Source: the human T2T-CHM13v2.0 reference genome, Homo sapiens
Strand: one strand, 5' to 3'
DNA length: 64,000 bases
NCBI RefSeq assembly: GCF_009914755.1
Contig: NC_060947.1
How positions within the stretch are numbered: position 1 is the stretch's first letter; each line of letters begins with the position of its first letter. Below the pieces are notes generated by a model that had not been told where the DNA came from, made no database searches, and worked only from the letters and a program-made list of their open reading frames with translations. The position numbers were made by a program, and so were the translations under genes. Below are positions 1 to 20,357 of the stretch, piece by piece.

Positions 1-2567
<2,567 letters not shown>

Positions 2568-3430
2568 GATTTTTAAGCCTTGATATTGTATCTTGTCTTA
2601 GTTCAGGCTGTTATAACAAATTACCATAGAATGAGTGGCTGAAACAATAAACATATATTTCTCACAGTTCTGGAGACTGGGTCTCCAGATAAGTCCAAGA
2701 TAAGAAGTACAGGCCAATTTCGTTCCCTGGGGATAGGCCCTCTTTCTGGTTCCAAATGGCTATCTTCTCATTATACCCTCACATGGTGGAGAGCAGAGAG
2801 AGAGCTAGCTCTCTGGCTACTTCTTATAAGAGCATTAATCCCATCCATAGGGGCTCTACCCTCATGACCTAATTATCTCCCAAAGGCTCCATCTTCAAAT
2901 ATTATCACACTGGAGATTAGGCTTTAACATATACATTTAGGGGACAGGGCCACAAACATTCAATCCATAGCATGTCCTGAAATTTGACTGAATCCTTTTA
3001 ATCATTTCAGTAGTTACTAATGGATTCTTTGGGATCATCTCTATATACAATGGTATTATCAGTAAATAAAGATAGTTTTACATTTTCCTAATATGGATAA
3101 CTTTTATTTACTTATTTTCTTACTTGATTGCCCTGTCTAGAACCTACTGCAGTACAATGCTGAATGGAAATAGTGAGGGGGCATTCTTGTCCTCTTCTTA
3201 TACTTAGGGGGAGAGGTTTCAGCCTTTCCCTGTTGAATGTGAATTTAGCTCTTTTTTTAATGCATATATGTCTCTTATCTTGAAGAAGTTCCCTTCTATT
3301 CCTAGTTTGTTGACAGGTTTATTATTATTATTATTAGAGGGTGTTGGATTTTGTCAAATGCTTTCTTGTGTCAATTGAGATAATCATTTTTTTCCCTTCA
3401 TCCTATTGAGGTGTATTATTTTTATTAATT
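2568..3430 (-). mobile_element. Old L1M ORF2 fragment (host of MLT1A)
   Basis: ttgatattgtatc|ctgaaattt continuity across MLT1A; gaagttcccttctattcctagtttg, ggattttgtcaaatgcttt. Confidence 0.7.
2594..2972 (-). mobile_element. MLT1A-type MaLR solo LTR
   Basis: TG...CA ends; minus strand starts TGCTATGGATTGAATGTTTGTG; degenerate 5-bp TSD tatct/tgtcc. Confidence 0.85.
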
Positions 3431-3439
3431 TTATAAAAT

Positions 3440-5010
3440 TTTTTAATTGGAGTGAACTATACTATGACATAAAATTACCACTTTAAGAGTACAATTTAGT
3501 GGCAGTAAGTACATGCACATTGTTGTGCAATCACCATTATCCGTTTTCAGAACTTTTTTGTTATCCCAAACATAAAATATGTACCCATTAAAAAATAATT
3601 CCCTATTCCTCCCTCCCTCAGTCCCTGGTAACTTCTTTTCCTTGGTGCCTCATATAAGTGATATCATACTATATTTGTTCTTTTATGTCTATTTTCACGT
3701 AGCATACTGTCTTCAAGATTCATTTATATTATAGTATTTATCACAATTTCATTCCGTTTTAAGGCTGAGTAATATTCCATTGCACCTATATATCACATTT
3801 TGTTTTTCAATTCATCTGACAATAGACATTAGTGTTGTTTCCATCTTTTGGCTGTGTGAATGATGATGCTATGAACATTTGTATAGAAATATTTGTTCAA
3901 ATCCCTGCTTGCCCTTCATTAGAGTATATACTGAGAAGTAGAATTACTGGATCATATGATAATTTAACTTTTTGAGGCACTGCCAAACTGTTTCCACTGT
4001 GGCTGTACCATTTTACATTCTTGTCAGTAATGCACAAGTATTCCAATTTCTCCACATCTTCACTCACAGTTTTTATTTTTTTTGTAATAGTCATCATAAT
4101 GATTGTGCAGTGGTACCTCATTGTACTTTTGACTTGCATTTCCTTAATGATTAGTGAAACTGAGCATCTTTTTATGCTTTTATTGGCCATTTGTATCTCT
4201 TTGGAGAAATACCTATTCAATTCATTTGCCCACTTTTTAGTTGGTGCTTGTTTATTATCATTAAGTTGTGGGAATTCTTTGTATATTCTGGATGTTAGTT
4301 TCTCATTGGATATATAATTTACAATTTTTGTCTCATTCTGTGAGTTGTCTTTTCATTCTGTTGATGGTGTCCCTTGATGCATTTATTCTAATTTTAATAG
4401 AGTCCAATGTATCTCCTGTTTCCATTCCTGTGCTCTTTGTGTCATATCTGATAAATTATTGCAAAATCCAATTTCATAGAAGTTTTCTCTCATGTTTCCT
4501 TCTACCAGTTTTACAGTTTTAGCTCTTATGTTTAGGTCTTTGGTTCATTTAAGACAGCGCGGTGTAAGGTATATAGTGTATATGGTGTAAGATAAGCATC
4601 CAATATCCTTCTTTTGCAAGTGTCCATGTAGTTTTCCCAGCACTGATTGTTAAAAATATTTTTCTTTCCTCATTTAATGGTCACGGCATTCTTGTCAAAA
4701 ATCACTTACATAAATAAGCAAGAGTCTATTTCATAGCTCTCTTTTATTCCATTGGTCTATGTGTGTGTGTTTATACCAGCAGCACACTGATTTAGTGCTG
4801 TAGCTTTGTAATAAATTTGAAATCAAGAAGTGTGAATCCTCTTTGTTCTTTTTTAAGAATTTGTTTTGTTTTGTTTTGTTTGTTTATTGTTTCGTGGTTC
4901 CATATGATTTTATAACAAGTGTTTAAATTACTTTAAAAACCTTGAAACCTTATTAAGATTTTGATAGGAAATTCATTAAATCTGTAGACAGCTTTGGGTA
5001 GTATTGTCAT
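3440..5010 (-). mobile_element. L1MB-type 3' end and ORF2 C-terminus
   Basis: 3'UTR gagtacaatttagtggc...tgttgtgcaatcacca; ORF 3897-4220 (MNRYFSKE...) is ORF2-like. Confidence 0.8.
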
Positions 5011-5228
5011 CCCGAAGGACTTCTTTTAACATTTTTTGTAGGGCAGGTGTTGTGGTAATGAACTTCCTTGGCTTTTGTTTGCCTGGGAATATCTTAATTT
5101 CTCCTTCGATTTTGAAAGACATTTTTGCCAGATATTGAATTCTCAGTTGAAAGATTTTTTTTTCTTCATCAGTCTATCATCCAATTGCCTTCTGGCCTTT
5201 AAGATTTTTGCTGAAAAATTGGCTGAAA
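5011..5228 (-). mobile_element. Old L1 ORF1 C-terminal fragment
   Basis: tttttgccagatattgaattctcagttga, ccttctggcct...gctgaaaaatt match antisense ORF1. Confidence 0.65.
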
Positions 5229-5234
5229 GTTGAA

Positions 5235-6075
5235 GGAGAGAGGTGGAGCAAGATGGTGGAACAGGGCTCTCCAGTGATTGTCCCCGCACAGAAACATCAA
5301 TTTGAACTATTTACAAACTAAAATATCTTCACAAGAACAAAGAAAACCAGGTGAGATATCACAGTACCCGGTTGTAGCACAACAATAAGAATAGATGCAT
5401 TGAAGAGGGTAGGAAGGACAGTTTTACATTATCCACATCACCTCTCAAAAAACTGCAGGCAACACAGTATAAAAATATGTAACATCTGCTTGAAGGAAAG
5501 AGAGGGAAATGAGTACAGGAATTACCTAGGACCAATACCAGTCCCACTACAGTAAAACCCAGCATGAGACAGGTCCCATGGCTCCAGACTGTAGGTCAGT
5601 ACCCACAGATTGATCTTCCAGCCTTGCCATGGTGCCAGGTGGGACCCCACATCTCCAGACTTCAGGCCTGAGAGGTGCACTTGCTCTCTGACTCACTCCA
5701 GTGCCATGGCAGGTAGAGCAGACCCAGGCTTTGGGCATCCCCCAGTGCCACACTGACTGCAATGGCTCCAGGCTTTCATCATGCCCCAGAACCATGCTGG
5801 CCCAACTGGCCCTGGGCATCAGTAAAACACAAGATGGCCTGCCCAGAATCTCTGGACAGGCTGACATGGAAGGGTCTTCCAAAACAAAGCCAGTCTGTGA
5901 AGCCTGGAGTCAGTACCTATTTCTTCAAATGTGAAGACATCAGTGAACAGCCACAAGGATCAATAGCAATCAGGGAAACATGACATCATCAAAAGGACAA
6001 ACAAAAATAGCAGTGACTGAAATGGAGATGTGTGAATTACCTGAAAGGGAATTCAAAATAACTGCTTATTAAACT
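5235..6075 (+). mobile_element. Old L1M 5'UTR and ORF1 start (L1M2-like 5' end)
   Basis: gagaggtggagcaagatggtgg start (YY1-like); ends in ORF1 N-terminal motif cagggaaacatgacatca...gaattcaaaata. Confidence 0.65.
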
Positions 6076-6369
6076 TAATCTTGAAGAAAAATGCCTTTTA
6101 GGAGTTATATTATTCAGTGCATTATTTACAAAGTATAACCAAGTCTATGGTAAAATGAATTTCTAATTCAGAGAATGCTGTTATCCTTATTTAACATTTT
6201 CCCTATAATAATTACTATTTAAAGATAATTATGATTACAATTTTCAAGCTTTGTGAAAAAATTGTTCATACAAGGAAGTAATGATTACAACCTGCTAAAA
6301 CTGGCCAGCCTGTAAATACTTTTTATTTGTTTATTACTTTTTACTAGTAGAAATACATTTATATTCTTT

Positions 6370-9300
6370 TTCTTTCTTTATCCATCCTCCCCACTTCCCT
6401 TTGTAGCCTCTGGTAACAGCTAATCTGACCTCTATCTTCATGATATACTAAAAAAGCTAAAAAAGCACTCACATATGAGTGAGAATATGCAACAGGATTT
6501 AATTCTTTTTTTATGGTGGAATAATATTCCATTGTGTATATATACAACATTTTCTATTTTTAATTAAAAAAATTTTACTGATTTGAGGGTACAAGTGCAG
6601 TATTGTGTAGTAATGAAGTCTGGGCTTTTAGCCATCACTTGAATAATGTACATTATACCCAGTAGGTAATTTTTTATTCCTAACCTCTTCCCAACCTCCC
6701 ACCTTTCAGAGTCTTCAATGTCTATTATTGCACCTTGTATTCATGTGTATTCATTATTTAGCTCCCGCTTATAAATGAGTCCATGCAGTATTTAACTTTC
6801 TGGGTTATTTAACTTAAGAAAATGGCCTCCATTGTTCTCCATGTTGCTGCAAAAGACAGGATTTCATTCTTTTTTATGACTGAGAAGTGTTCTATGGCAT
6901 GTGTGTATGTCACATTCTCTTTATCCAATTATTCATTGATGGACACTTAGGTTTATTCTATGACTTTGTGAATAGTGCTGAAATAAAGACATGAGTACAG
7001 GTAGCATTTTGATGTAACAATTTCTTTTCTTTTTGGTATGTATCTAGTAGTGGGATTGTTGTATCAAATGGTAGTTCTATTTTTAGTTCTTTGAGAAATC
7101 TCCATATATTTTTTTCCAGAGAGGTTGTTCTAATTTACATTTCCACCAACATTGAATAAGTGTTCCTTTTCCTCAGCATCCTTGCCAACATCTGTTGTTT
7201 TTTGACTTTTTAATGATAGTCATTCTGACTGGAGTAAGATGGTATGTCATTGTGGTTTTAATTTGTATTTCTTTGATGATTAGTGATGTTGAGTATTTTA
7301 TTTTTTGTTTTGTTTTGTATTGTTTGTTGGCTGTTTCTATATCTTCTTTTGAAAAGTGTCTGTTCATGTTCTTGGCCCACTTTTTAAGGGATTATTATTA
7401 TTATTATTTACATTACTTTCTGTGTTGCTTGGGTTCTTTCTAGATTCTAGATATTAGTCCTGGGTCAGATGAATACTTTGCAAATATTTTCTCCCATTTT
7501 GTAGGTTGTTCATTTACTCTGTTGACTGTTTCTTCTGCTTTGTAGGGGATTTTTAGTTTAATTAAGCCCTATTTGTCTATTTTTGTTTTTGTCGCATTAG
7601 CTTTTGAGGACTTAGTCATAAATTCTTTGCCTAGGCCAATGTCCAGAAGTGCTTTCCCTAATTTTTTTCTAGGTTTTGTATGGTTTTATTTACATTTATG
7701 TCTTTTATCTGTCATGAGTTTTGTTTGTTTGTGTGTTTCATTCTTCTGCATGGCTATTCACTTCTCCTAGCAACATTTACTGAGTAGGGTGTCTTTTATT
7801 CAGTGTATATATTTGTCAGCATTGTTGAAGATCAATTGGTTATAGGTATGTGACCTTACTTCTGGGTTCTCTATTCTGTTCTACTAATTTGTGTGTCTAT
7901 TTTTATACCAGTACCATGCTGTCTTGGTTACTATATCCCTGTAGTATAAATTGAAGTGAGGTGATGTGATTCTTCCAGCTTTGTTCTTTTTGCTTAGGAT
8001 TGCTTAGGCTGTTGGGGCTGTTTGTTTCCATATGAATTTTAGGATTGTTTATTCTAATTCTGTGAAAAAATGATGTTGGTAATTTGATAGCAACTGAATT
8101 GAATCTGTAAATTACTTTGGGCAGTGTGGTCATTTTAACAATATTGATTCTTCCAATTCATGAGCCTGGGATGTTTTTCCATTTGTTTGTGTTATGTATG
8201 ATTCCTTTCATTAGTGTTTTGTATTTCTCCTTGTAAAGATCTTTTATCTTCTTTTGTAAATGTATTCCTAGGTATTTTTGTTTTGTAGCTATTGTAAATA
8301 ACATTGAGATTTAAATTTGGTTCTCAGCTTGATTGTTATTGGTATGTAGATATGGTACTGATCTTTAGACTTTTTTGGAATAGTTTCAGTAGGAATGGTA
8401 CCATTTCCTTGTATGTCTGATAGAATTCAACTGTGAATTCCTCTGGCCTAGACTTTTACTTTTGGGGACTTTTTTTTTTTTTTATTCATGATCCAATCAT
8501 ACTGCTCATTATTGCTGTCTTAAGAATTTCTTTTTTTTTTCCCTAGTTCAATCTTGGGAGGTTATATGCTTTCAGGAATTTATACATTTACTCTATGTTT
8601 ACTAATTTGTGAGCATAGAGATGTTCATTCGAGCCTCTGATGATCTTTTTATGTGTCTGTGGTATTAATCGTAATTTTTCCTCTTTCATTTTTGATTGTT
8701 CTTATTTGAATCTTCTTCTTTCTTGGGTTAATTTAGCTAGTGGTCTCTGGATTTTGTTTATCTTTTTTAAAAAACCAACTTTTCATTAATCTTTGGATTG
8801 TTTTGGGAGTCACAATTTTATTTAGTTTTGCTCCGATCTTTGTTATTTCTTTTCTTCTGCTACCTGTGGACTTGGTTTGTTCTTTTTTTTTTTTTTTTAG
8901 TTTCTTGAGGTACAATGTTAGAATGTTAACTTGTAATATTTTTTCCTTTTTGATGTAAGCATTTAATGCTATAACCTTCCCTCTTACCACTGCTTTTGCT
9001 ATATTTTAGAGGTTTTGGTATGTTGTGTCTCTACTTTTGTTTTGAACATTTAAAAATTTCCACCTTAATTTTGTCATTTGCTCAAAGATCATTAAGAAAC
9101 AGGTTATTTAATTTTCTTGTATTTGTATAGTTTTTAGAGTTCCTCTTGATATTGATTTCTAGTTTTTTTTTCCCCACTGTGGTCTGAGAAGATACTTGAT
9201 ATGATTTTAATTATTAAAAATGTATTGAGACTTGTTTTGAGGCCTAATATATGATCTATTTTGAAAAACGTTTTAGTGTGCTAATGAAAAGAATGCATAT

Positions 9301-9890
9301 TCTGCAGTTGTTGGGTAAAATGTTCTATAAGTTTCTGTAAGGTCCATTTCGTCTAGATTTCAATTGAAGTCTAGTGTTTATACCTCATTTAAAAAAATTA
9401 TTTATTGTTGATCTTTACTTTGGTTGATTCTATATTTTGTCTATTATGAATAGTGCTGAAATAAACATTAAAGTGCAGCTAAATCTTTGATATATTAATT
9501 TTTTGGATATATACTTAGTGGTGGAATTACTAGATCATATGATAATTCTAGTTTTAGATTTTTGAGTACCTTCCACATTGTTTTTTTATAGTAGATGTAC
9601 TACCTTGCATTCCTACAATGTATGAGAGTTCCCCTTTCTCCAAATTTTTGCCAACATTTGTTATTTCTTGTCTTTTTGATACAAGCCATTTTGGCTATCG
9701 TAAGATGATACATCCTTGTGGTTTTGATTTTTCATTTCCCCAATTATTAGTGATATTGAGCATTTCTCACATACCAGTTGGTCCCTTGTATGTCTTATTT
9801 TGAGAAATGTCTATGTAGATATTTTCCCCATTTTAAGTGGATTAGATGGGTTTTTTGCTGTTGAGTTGTTTGAACTTCCTGCACATTCTC
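6370..9890 (-). mobile_element. L1MA-type 3' region split by L1PB (6370-6555 and 9378-9890)
   Basis: gcctctggtaac, cacatatgagtgaga; resumes with ggttgattctatattttg... Confidence 0.65.
6556..9377 (-). mobile_element. L1PB3/4-like element with an internal ORF2 deletion near 8370
   Basis: 3'UTR tgaagtctgggcttttag...catcacttgaataatgtacatt; ORF2-like ORFs 7173-7367, 7903-8133, 8733-8990. Confidence 0.8.
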
Positions 9891-10275
9891 ATTCTTTCTT
9901 TTAACTTTATTTTAGCTTCAGGGGTACATGTGCAAGTTTGTTACATAGGTAAATTTTGTCACAGGGGTTTAATGTACAGATTATTTCGTCACCTAGGTAA
10001 CAAGCATAGTACCCAATAGGTAATTATTTGATCCCCTACCTCCTTCCACCATGCACCCTTAAGTAGGTCCTGGTGTCTGTTGTTCCCTTCTTTTTGTCTA
10101 TGTATTCTCAATGTTTAGTTCCCACTTATAACTATGAGGATGCAGTATTTGGTTTTGTGTTCCTGAGTTAGTTTGCTTAGGATAATGACCTTCATCTCTA
10201 TTCATGTTACTGCAAGGGACGTGATCTGATTATTTTCTATGGCTGCATAGTATTTCATGGTATACATCTACCACT
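9891..10275 (-). mobile_element. L1PA15-like 3' end
   Basis: ttcaggggtacatgtgcaagtttgttacataggtaaa...gcatagtacccaatagg. Confidence 0.8.
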
Positions 10276-10825
10276 TTTTTATTTTTATTTTTATTTTTTA
10301 ATTTCTGAGCATTCATAGTAGGTGTATATATTTATGGGGGTACATGAGATGTTTTGATACAGGCATGCAATGCGAAATAATTACATCATGGAAAACGGGT
10401 ATCCATCCCCTCAAGCATTTATTCTTTGTTTTATAAACAATCTAATTATACTCTTTTTAGTGATTTTAAAATGTGCAATTAAATTATCATTGACTATAGT
10501 CACCCTGTTGTGCTGCCAAATACTAGGTTGTATTCATTCTTTCCAACTATATTTTTTGTAACCATTAATCATCATCACCTCCCCCTCAGCCCCTCACCAC
10601 CATTTCCAGCCTCTGGTAACCATCCTACTCTCGATTTCCATAAATTATATTGTTTTGATGTTTACATACCACAAGTAGGTGAAAACATGCTATGTCTTTC
10701 TTACTGTGCCTGACTTATTTCACTTAACATATGATCTCCAGTTCCATTCATATTGTTGCAAATGAATAAATCTCATTCATTTTTATGGCTGAATAGTACT
10801 TCATTGTATATATATATGTACCGTG

Positions 10826-10963
10826 TTTTTTTTGTTTTTTTTAATTTTTATTTATTTTTTTATTATTATACTTTAAGTTTTAGGGTACATGTGCACAGTG
10901 TGCAGGTTAGTTACATATGTATACATGTGCCACGCTGGTGCGCTGCACCCACTAACTCGTCAT
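10826..10963 (-). mobile_element. Very short L1PA2-like 3' end
   Basis: Reverse complement atgacgagttagtgggtgcagcgcacc...cttaaagtataata plus tail. Confidence 0.85.
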
Positions 10964-12183
10964 TAATCTGTTGATGAATACTCGGTTGCTTTCATATCTG
11001 AGGTATTGTGAACATGCTCTAAAAAACATGGGAGTGCAGTTATCTCTTCCATATATTGATTTTCTTTCTTTTGGATATACACCTAAGAGTGGGATTCCTG
11101 GATCCATTGGTAGCTCTATTTTTAGTTTTTTGAGGAACGTTCAAACTGTTCCTAGTGGTTGTACTTTTTTACTTACCCACCAGCAGTGTATGAGGTTTCT
11201 ATTTCTTCCACATCCTTGCAACCATTTGTTATTGCTTTTTTTTTTTTTTGGATAAAAGCCATTTTAACCGGGGTGAGATGATATCTCATTGTAGTTTTGA
11301 TTTGCATTTCTCTGATGAACAATGATGTTGAACACCTTTTAATATGCCTGTTTGCCATTTGTATGTCTTCTTTTGTATGTCTATTCAAATCTTTGGCCCA
11401 GTTTTTAATTGAATTATTAGAGTTCTTTCTGTACAGTTGTTTGAACTCCTTATGTATTCTGGTTATTAATCTCTTGTCAGATAAATAGTGTGCAAGTATT
11501 TTCTCCCATTCTGTGGGTTGTCTTTTCTCTTTGTTGACTGTTTACTTTACTGTGCAGCTTTTTAACTTGATGTGATCTCATTTGTCCATTTATGCTTTCA
11601 TCGCCTGTGCTTGTGGGGTATTGCTCAAGAAATTTTTGTCCAGGCCAATGTCTGGAGATTTTTCTCAATGTTTCCTTGTAGGAATCTCATAGTTTGAGGT
11701 CTTAGATTTAAGTGTTTAATCCATTTCAATTTGTTTTTGTATATGGCAAGAGATGGGGGTCTAGATTAACTCTTCTCCATATCTAGTTTTCCCAGAACCA
11801 CTTATTGAAGACACTGTCTTCTCCCTAGTGTATATTCTTGACACCTTTGTTGAAAATGAGTTCACTTTAGGTGAGTGGATTTGTTTCTGGGTTTTCAATT
11901 CGGTTTCATTGGTCTGTCTGCTTTTATGCCAGTACTATGCTGTTTTGATTACTATAGCTCTAAAATATCATTTCAAGTCAGGTAACGTGATTGCTCCAGT
12001 TTTGCTCTTTTTGCTTACAGTAGCTTTGACTATTCTAGGTCTTTTTTGATTCCATATAAATTTTGGGATTTTTTTTATTTCTATGAAGAATGTCATTGGT
12101 ATTTTGATAGAGATTGCATTAAATCTGTAGATTGCTTTGGGTAGTACAAACATATTAATAATATGAATTCTTCCAATTCATGA

Positions 12184-12597
<414 letters not shown>

Positions 12598-13734
12598 AGA
12601 GTATTTTTCAGTATTTTGGTGTTCTCTTCAATTTCTTTCATCAGCTTTTTATAGTTTTCATTATAGAGATCTCTCTCTTTGGTAAATTCCTAGGTATTTA
12701 ATTTTCTGTATGGCTATCTTAAATGGGACACATTTTATTTTTTATTTCTCTTTTGGATTGTTTACTGTTGGCATATAGAAATACTACTGAATTTTCTATG
12801 TTGATTTTGTGACCTGCAACTTTAATTTAATTTTAATTTTTTATTGACTTGTATTTTTTTATCCCTTGTATGTTTTTTGGTTTGAAGTTACTGTGAAGCT
12901 TGTCTTATAACCCATTATTTAAACGTAATAAATACTCAACACCTTTTGCATAAACAAACAAGCAAAAAGAAAAGTAAGAAAAACTCTATGCCTCAACTTT
13001 GCCCCTACCCCACCACTTTTTGACTTTTTGTTTTTTCTATTTCTACCTTCTTGTACTATGTATTGAAAAGTTGTTGTAGTTATTATATTTGCTTGGTTCA
13101 TCATTTAGTCTTTTTACATAGGCTAAGAGTCATGTATGCAGCATAGCTACAGTGTTATAATATTCTGTGTTTTTTTGTGTACTTACTATTAACAGTTAGT
13201 TTTGTACCTTCAGTGATCACTTATTGCTCATTAATGTCCTTTTCTTTCTGATTGAAGTACTGCCTTTAGCATTTCTTGTAGGACATGTCTGGTGTTGATT
13301 AAATCCCTCATCTTTTGTTTGTGAGGGAAAGTCTTTATTTTTCTTTCATGTTTGAAAAATAATTTCACCAGATATATTATTCTAGGGTGAAAGTGTGTGT
13401 ATGTATTTTTTTTTTTAATCAGTACTTTAAATATGTCATGCCACTCTCTTCTGGCCTGTACGGTTTCCACTGAAAAGTCTGTTGCCAGACATATTAGAGT
13501 TCCACTGTATGTTGTTTCTTTTCTCTTGCTGCTTTTAGGATTCTTTATCTTTGACCTGTGGTAGGTTGATTATTAAATGCCTTGAGGCAGTCTTTTCTGG
13601 GTTAAGTCTGCTTGGTGTTTTATAACCTTCTTATACTTTGATATTGATCTCTTGCTCTAGGTTTGGGAAGTTCTCTGTTATTCTCCCTTTGAATACAGTT
13701 TCTACCCCTATATTTTTCTCTACCTCCTCTTTAA

Positions 13735-14080
<346 letters not shown>

Positions 14081-14104
14081 TAGATTCTGTAGGCATGCTC
14101 TATT

Positions 14105-17440
<3,336 letters not shown>

Positions 17441-17559
17441 GTTTTTTTTTAAGCCATCCTGTTTGTGGTTTTTTTTAGAGCAGACATAGGACACTAACAA
17501 AATTACTCATTTTTAAAAAAACTTTGATTTTTGATAGCTCCTTCAGGTTGATTCTTGTG

Positions 17560-18040
17560 TCATTTCTGATTTTGAGTATTTTTTCCACGTGCTTATTGGC
17601 GATTTGTATATCTTTCTGGAAGAAATGTCTATTTAAGACCACTGCCCATTTTATTTATTTATTTATTCAATTAAAATTGTAGCATTTATTACCAAGCAAT
17701 AAAAATTTTATAAGGACAAAAGCAACAGAGATATAGGGTAAAATATTTATGTATGCAATATTGCATAATAATTTGTTTTTTTTTAATTTTAGCTTTAGGG
17801 ATACCACTGGTTTTTGATTACACTGATAAATTGTATAGTGGTGAAGTCTGAGCTTTAAGTGTACCCCTTGCCTGAATATTGTAGGTTGTACCCAATAGGT
17901 AATTTTTCATTCCTCACCCTACTTCCACAATTCCTGGTTCTGAGTCTTTAATGTCCATCATACCACTCTTCCTGCCTTTGTGTTATTGCCCATTTTAAAA
18001 TTTAAATTGGGTTATTTGTTGTTGAGTTGTAGGAGTTTTT
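17560..18040 (-). mobile_element. Old L1M ORF2 fragment (host of the L1PB insertion)
   Basis: gaagaaatgtctatttaagacc...tgcccatttt...aattgggttatttgttgttgagttgtaggag is contiguous across the insertion. Confidence 0.7.
17649..17984 (-). mobile_element. L1PB (PB2-like) 3' end with probable 3' transduction
   Basis: L1PB 3'UTR 17776-17984; non-L1 segment 17668-17775; (TTTA)n tail; TSD a[c/t]tgcccatttta. Confidence 0.75.
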
Positions 18041-18045
18041 CCTCA

Positions 18046-18120
18046 TTTTGTTTTAGATACAGGATCTCTCTCTATCTCTTAGGCTGGAGTGCCATGGCAA
18101 GATCATAACTCACTACAGCT
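18046..18120 (-). mobile_element. AluJ/FLAM fragment
   Basis: aggctggagtgccatggcaagatcataactcactacagc. Confidence 0.7.
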
Positions 18121-19444
18121 TTATATATGTGTTCTTTATATAGGTGTTCATCCTACTCTGCTCTTAAACACTAGAACTTATTCTATGTGTTTGTACCCAT
18201 TAATCAGCCTCACTATATACACCCCAACACACACAATCTTCTCAGCCTCTGATATCTATCATTCTATTCTCTACCTCCAAAATAAAATGTTTTACCTCCC
18301 ACATGTGAGTGAGAACATGTGATATTTGTCTTTCTGTGTATGGCTTATTTCACTTAACATAATAAACTACAGTTTCATCCATGTTGTTGCAAATGACATA
18401 ATTTCATTGTTTTTTATAGCTGCATAGTGTTCCATTGTGTAAATATATTACGTTTTCTTTATCCATTCATCTGTTGATAGATGCTTAGGTTAATTTTCTT
18501 ATTTTTGGGTAAATATACATAAATTATATAATAATTACATCATTGCTGTATCATATTGTAGTTCCATTGTTAGTTTTTGAGAAATCTCCATACTGTTTTT
18601 TATAGCGCCTATACTAATTTGCATTCCCAGCAGCAGTGTTCCGGAGTTCCCTTTCCTCTGCATTCTTGACAGCATCCGGTTCGTTTTTTTTTTTTTTTTT
18701 TTTTTTGTCTTTTATTAATAGCCATTCTTACTGGGATAAGATGATACCTCCTTAGTTTTGATCTGCATTTCCTGTATGATTAGTGATGTTGAGTTGTTTT
18801 CTTTTTTCATATACCTTTTGGCCACTTATAAGACTTCTTTAGAGAAATGCCTATTCAGATTTTTTGCCCACTTTTTAATGGGGTTATTTGTTTTTATCTT
18901 ATTATTGAGTCGTTTGAGTTCCTTGTTTATTCTGGATATTAGTCCTGTGTCAGATCAATAGTTTGCAAATATTTCCTTCCATTCAACAGGATGCCTCTTC
19001 AGTCTGTTGATTATTTTCTTTGATGTGCTTTTCAGTTTAATATAGTTCCATTTGTCAATTTTTGTTTTATATATCTGTGCTTTTGAGGTCTTAGCCATAA
19101 AATATTTTCCTATACCAATGTCCTGAAATGTTTTTCCTTTGTTTTCATTTATTAGTTTTATATTTTTGGGTCTTATGTTTAATGCTTTAATATATTTTGA
19201 GTTGATTTTGTATATGGTGAGAGATAGGTGACAAGTTTTATCCTTCTTTATATGGATATCCAGCTTTCCTAGCACCATTTATTGAATAAGATATCTTTTC
19301 CACAATTATATTCTTAGCACTTTGTGAAAATAAGTTGGCTCTAAATATGTGCCTTTATTTCTGAGTTCTCTATTCTGCTCACATGGTCTATGTTCCTGTC
19401 TTTATATCAATACCTAGCTATTTGGGTTACTGTAGATTGTGGTG

Positions 19445-19876
19445 TGAGTGTGTGTGTGTGTATGTATATATATACTTATACTTTTGTGGTATATATATAC
19501 TTATAGATATACTTTTGTGGTATATATAGGCTTATATATATATTTTGAGGTATATATAAGTGTATATATATACTTATATAAATATATGTACCTATATATA
19601 ATACTACTGGTATATAAGTGTGTATGTATATATCTATACACATATATATATACTTTTGAGGTATATATATACTTATATATATAAGTATATATATGAGGTA
19701 TATATAAGTATATATATAAGTATATATATGAGGTATATATATAAGTATATATATGAGGCATATATATATAAGTATATACATATATACATATATATGTATA
19801 TATATACACATATATATGTATATATACATATATACATATATACCTATATATATACATATATACCTATATATATATA
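19445..19876. repeat. Compound (TG)n / degenerate TA-rich microsatellite
   Basis: Direct inspection. Confidence 0.95.
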
Positions 19877-20355
19877 CTTATAGATACCTATATATAAATA
19901 TATATACTTATAGATACCTATATATATAAGTATATACATACTTATAGATACCTATATATGTAAGTATATACATACTTATAGATACCTATATATGTAAGTA
20001 TATACATACTTATAGATACCTATATATGTAAGTATATACATACTTATAGATACCTATATATGTAAGTATATACATACTTATAGATACCTATTTATGTAAG
20101 TATATACATACTTATAGATACCTATATATGTAAGTATATACATACTTATAGATACCTATATATGTAAGTATATATATACTTATAGATACCTATATATGTA
20201 AGTATATATATACTTATAGATACCTATATATGTAAGTATATATATACTTATAGATACCTATATATGTAAGTATATATATACTTATAGATACCTATATATG
20301 TAAGTATATATATACTTATAGATACCTATATATGTAAGTGTACATATATACTTAT
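19877..20355. repeat. 34-bp minisatellite, ~14 copies (CTTATAGATACCTATATATGTAAGTATATA[C/T]ATA)
   Basis: Unit starts at 19907, 19941, 19975 ... 20281, 20315 (period 34; first unit is 30 bp). Confidence 0.95.
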
Positions 20356-20357
20356 AT

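Noticed and set aside
19877-20355. CRISPR-like array of 34-bp partly palindromic repeats
   Set aside because: Units are directly tandem with no unique spacers, there are no cas genes, and the context is primate retroelement DNA.
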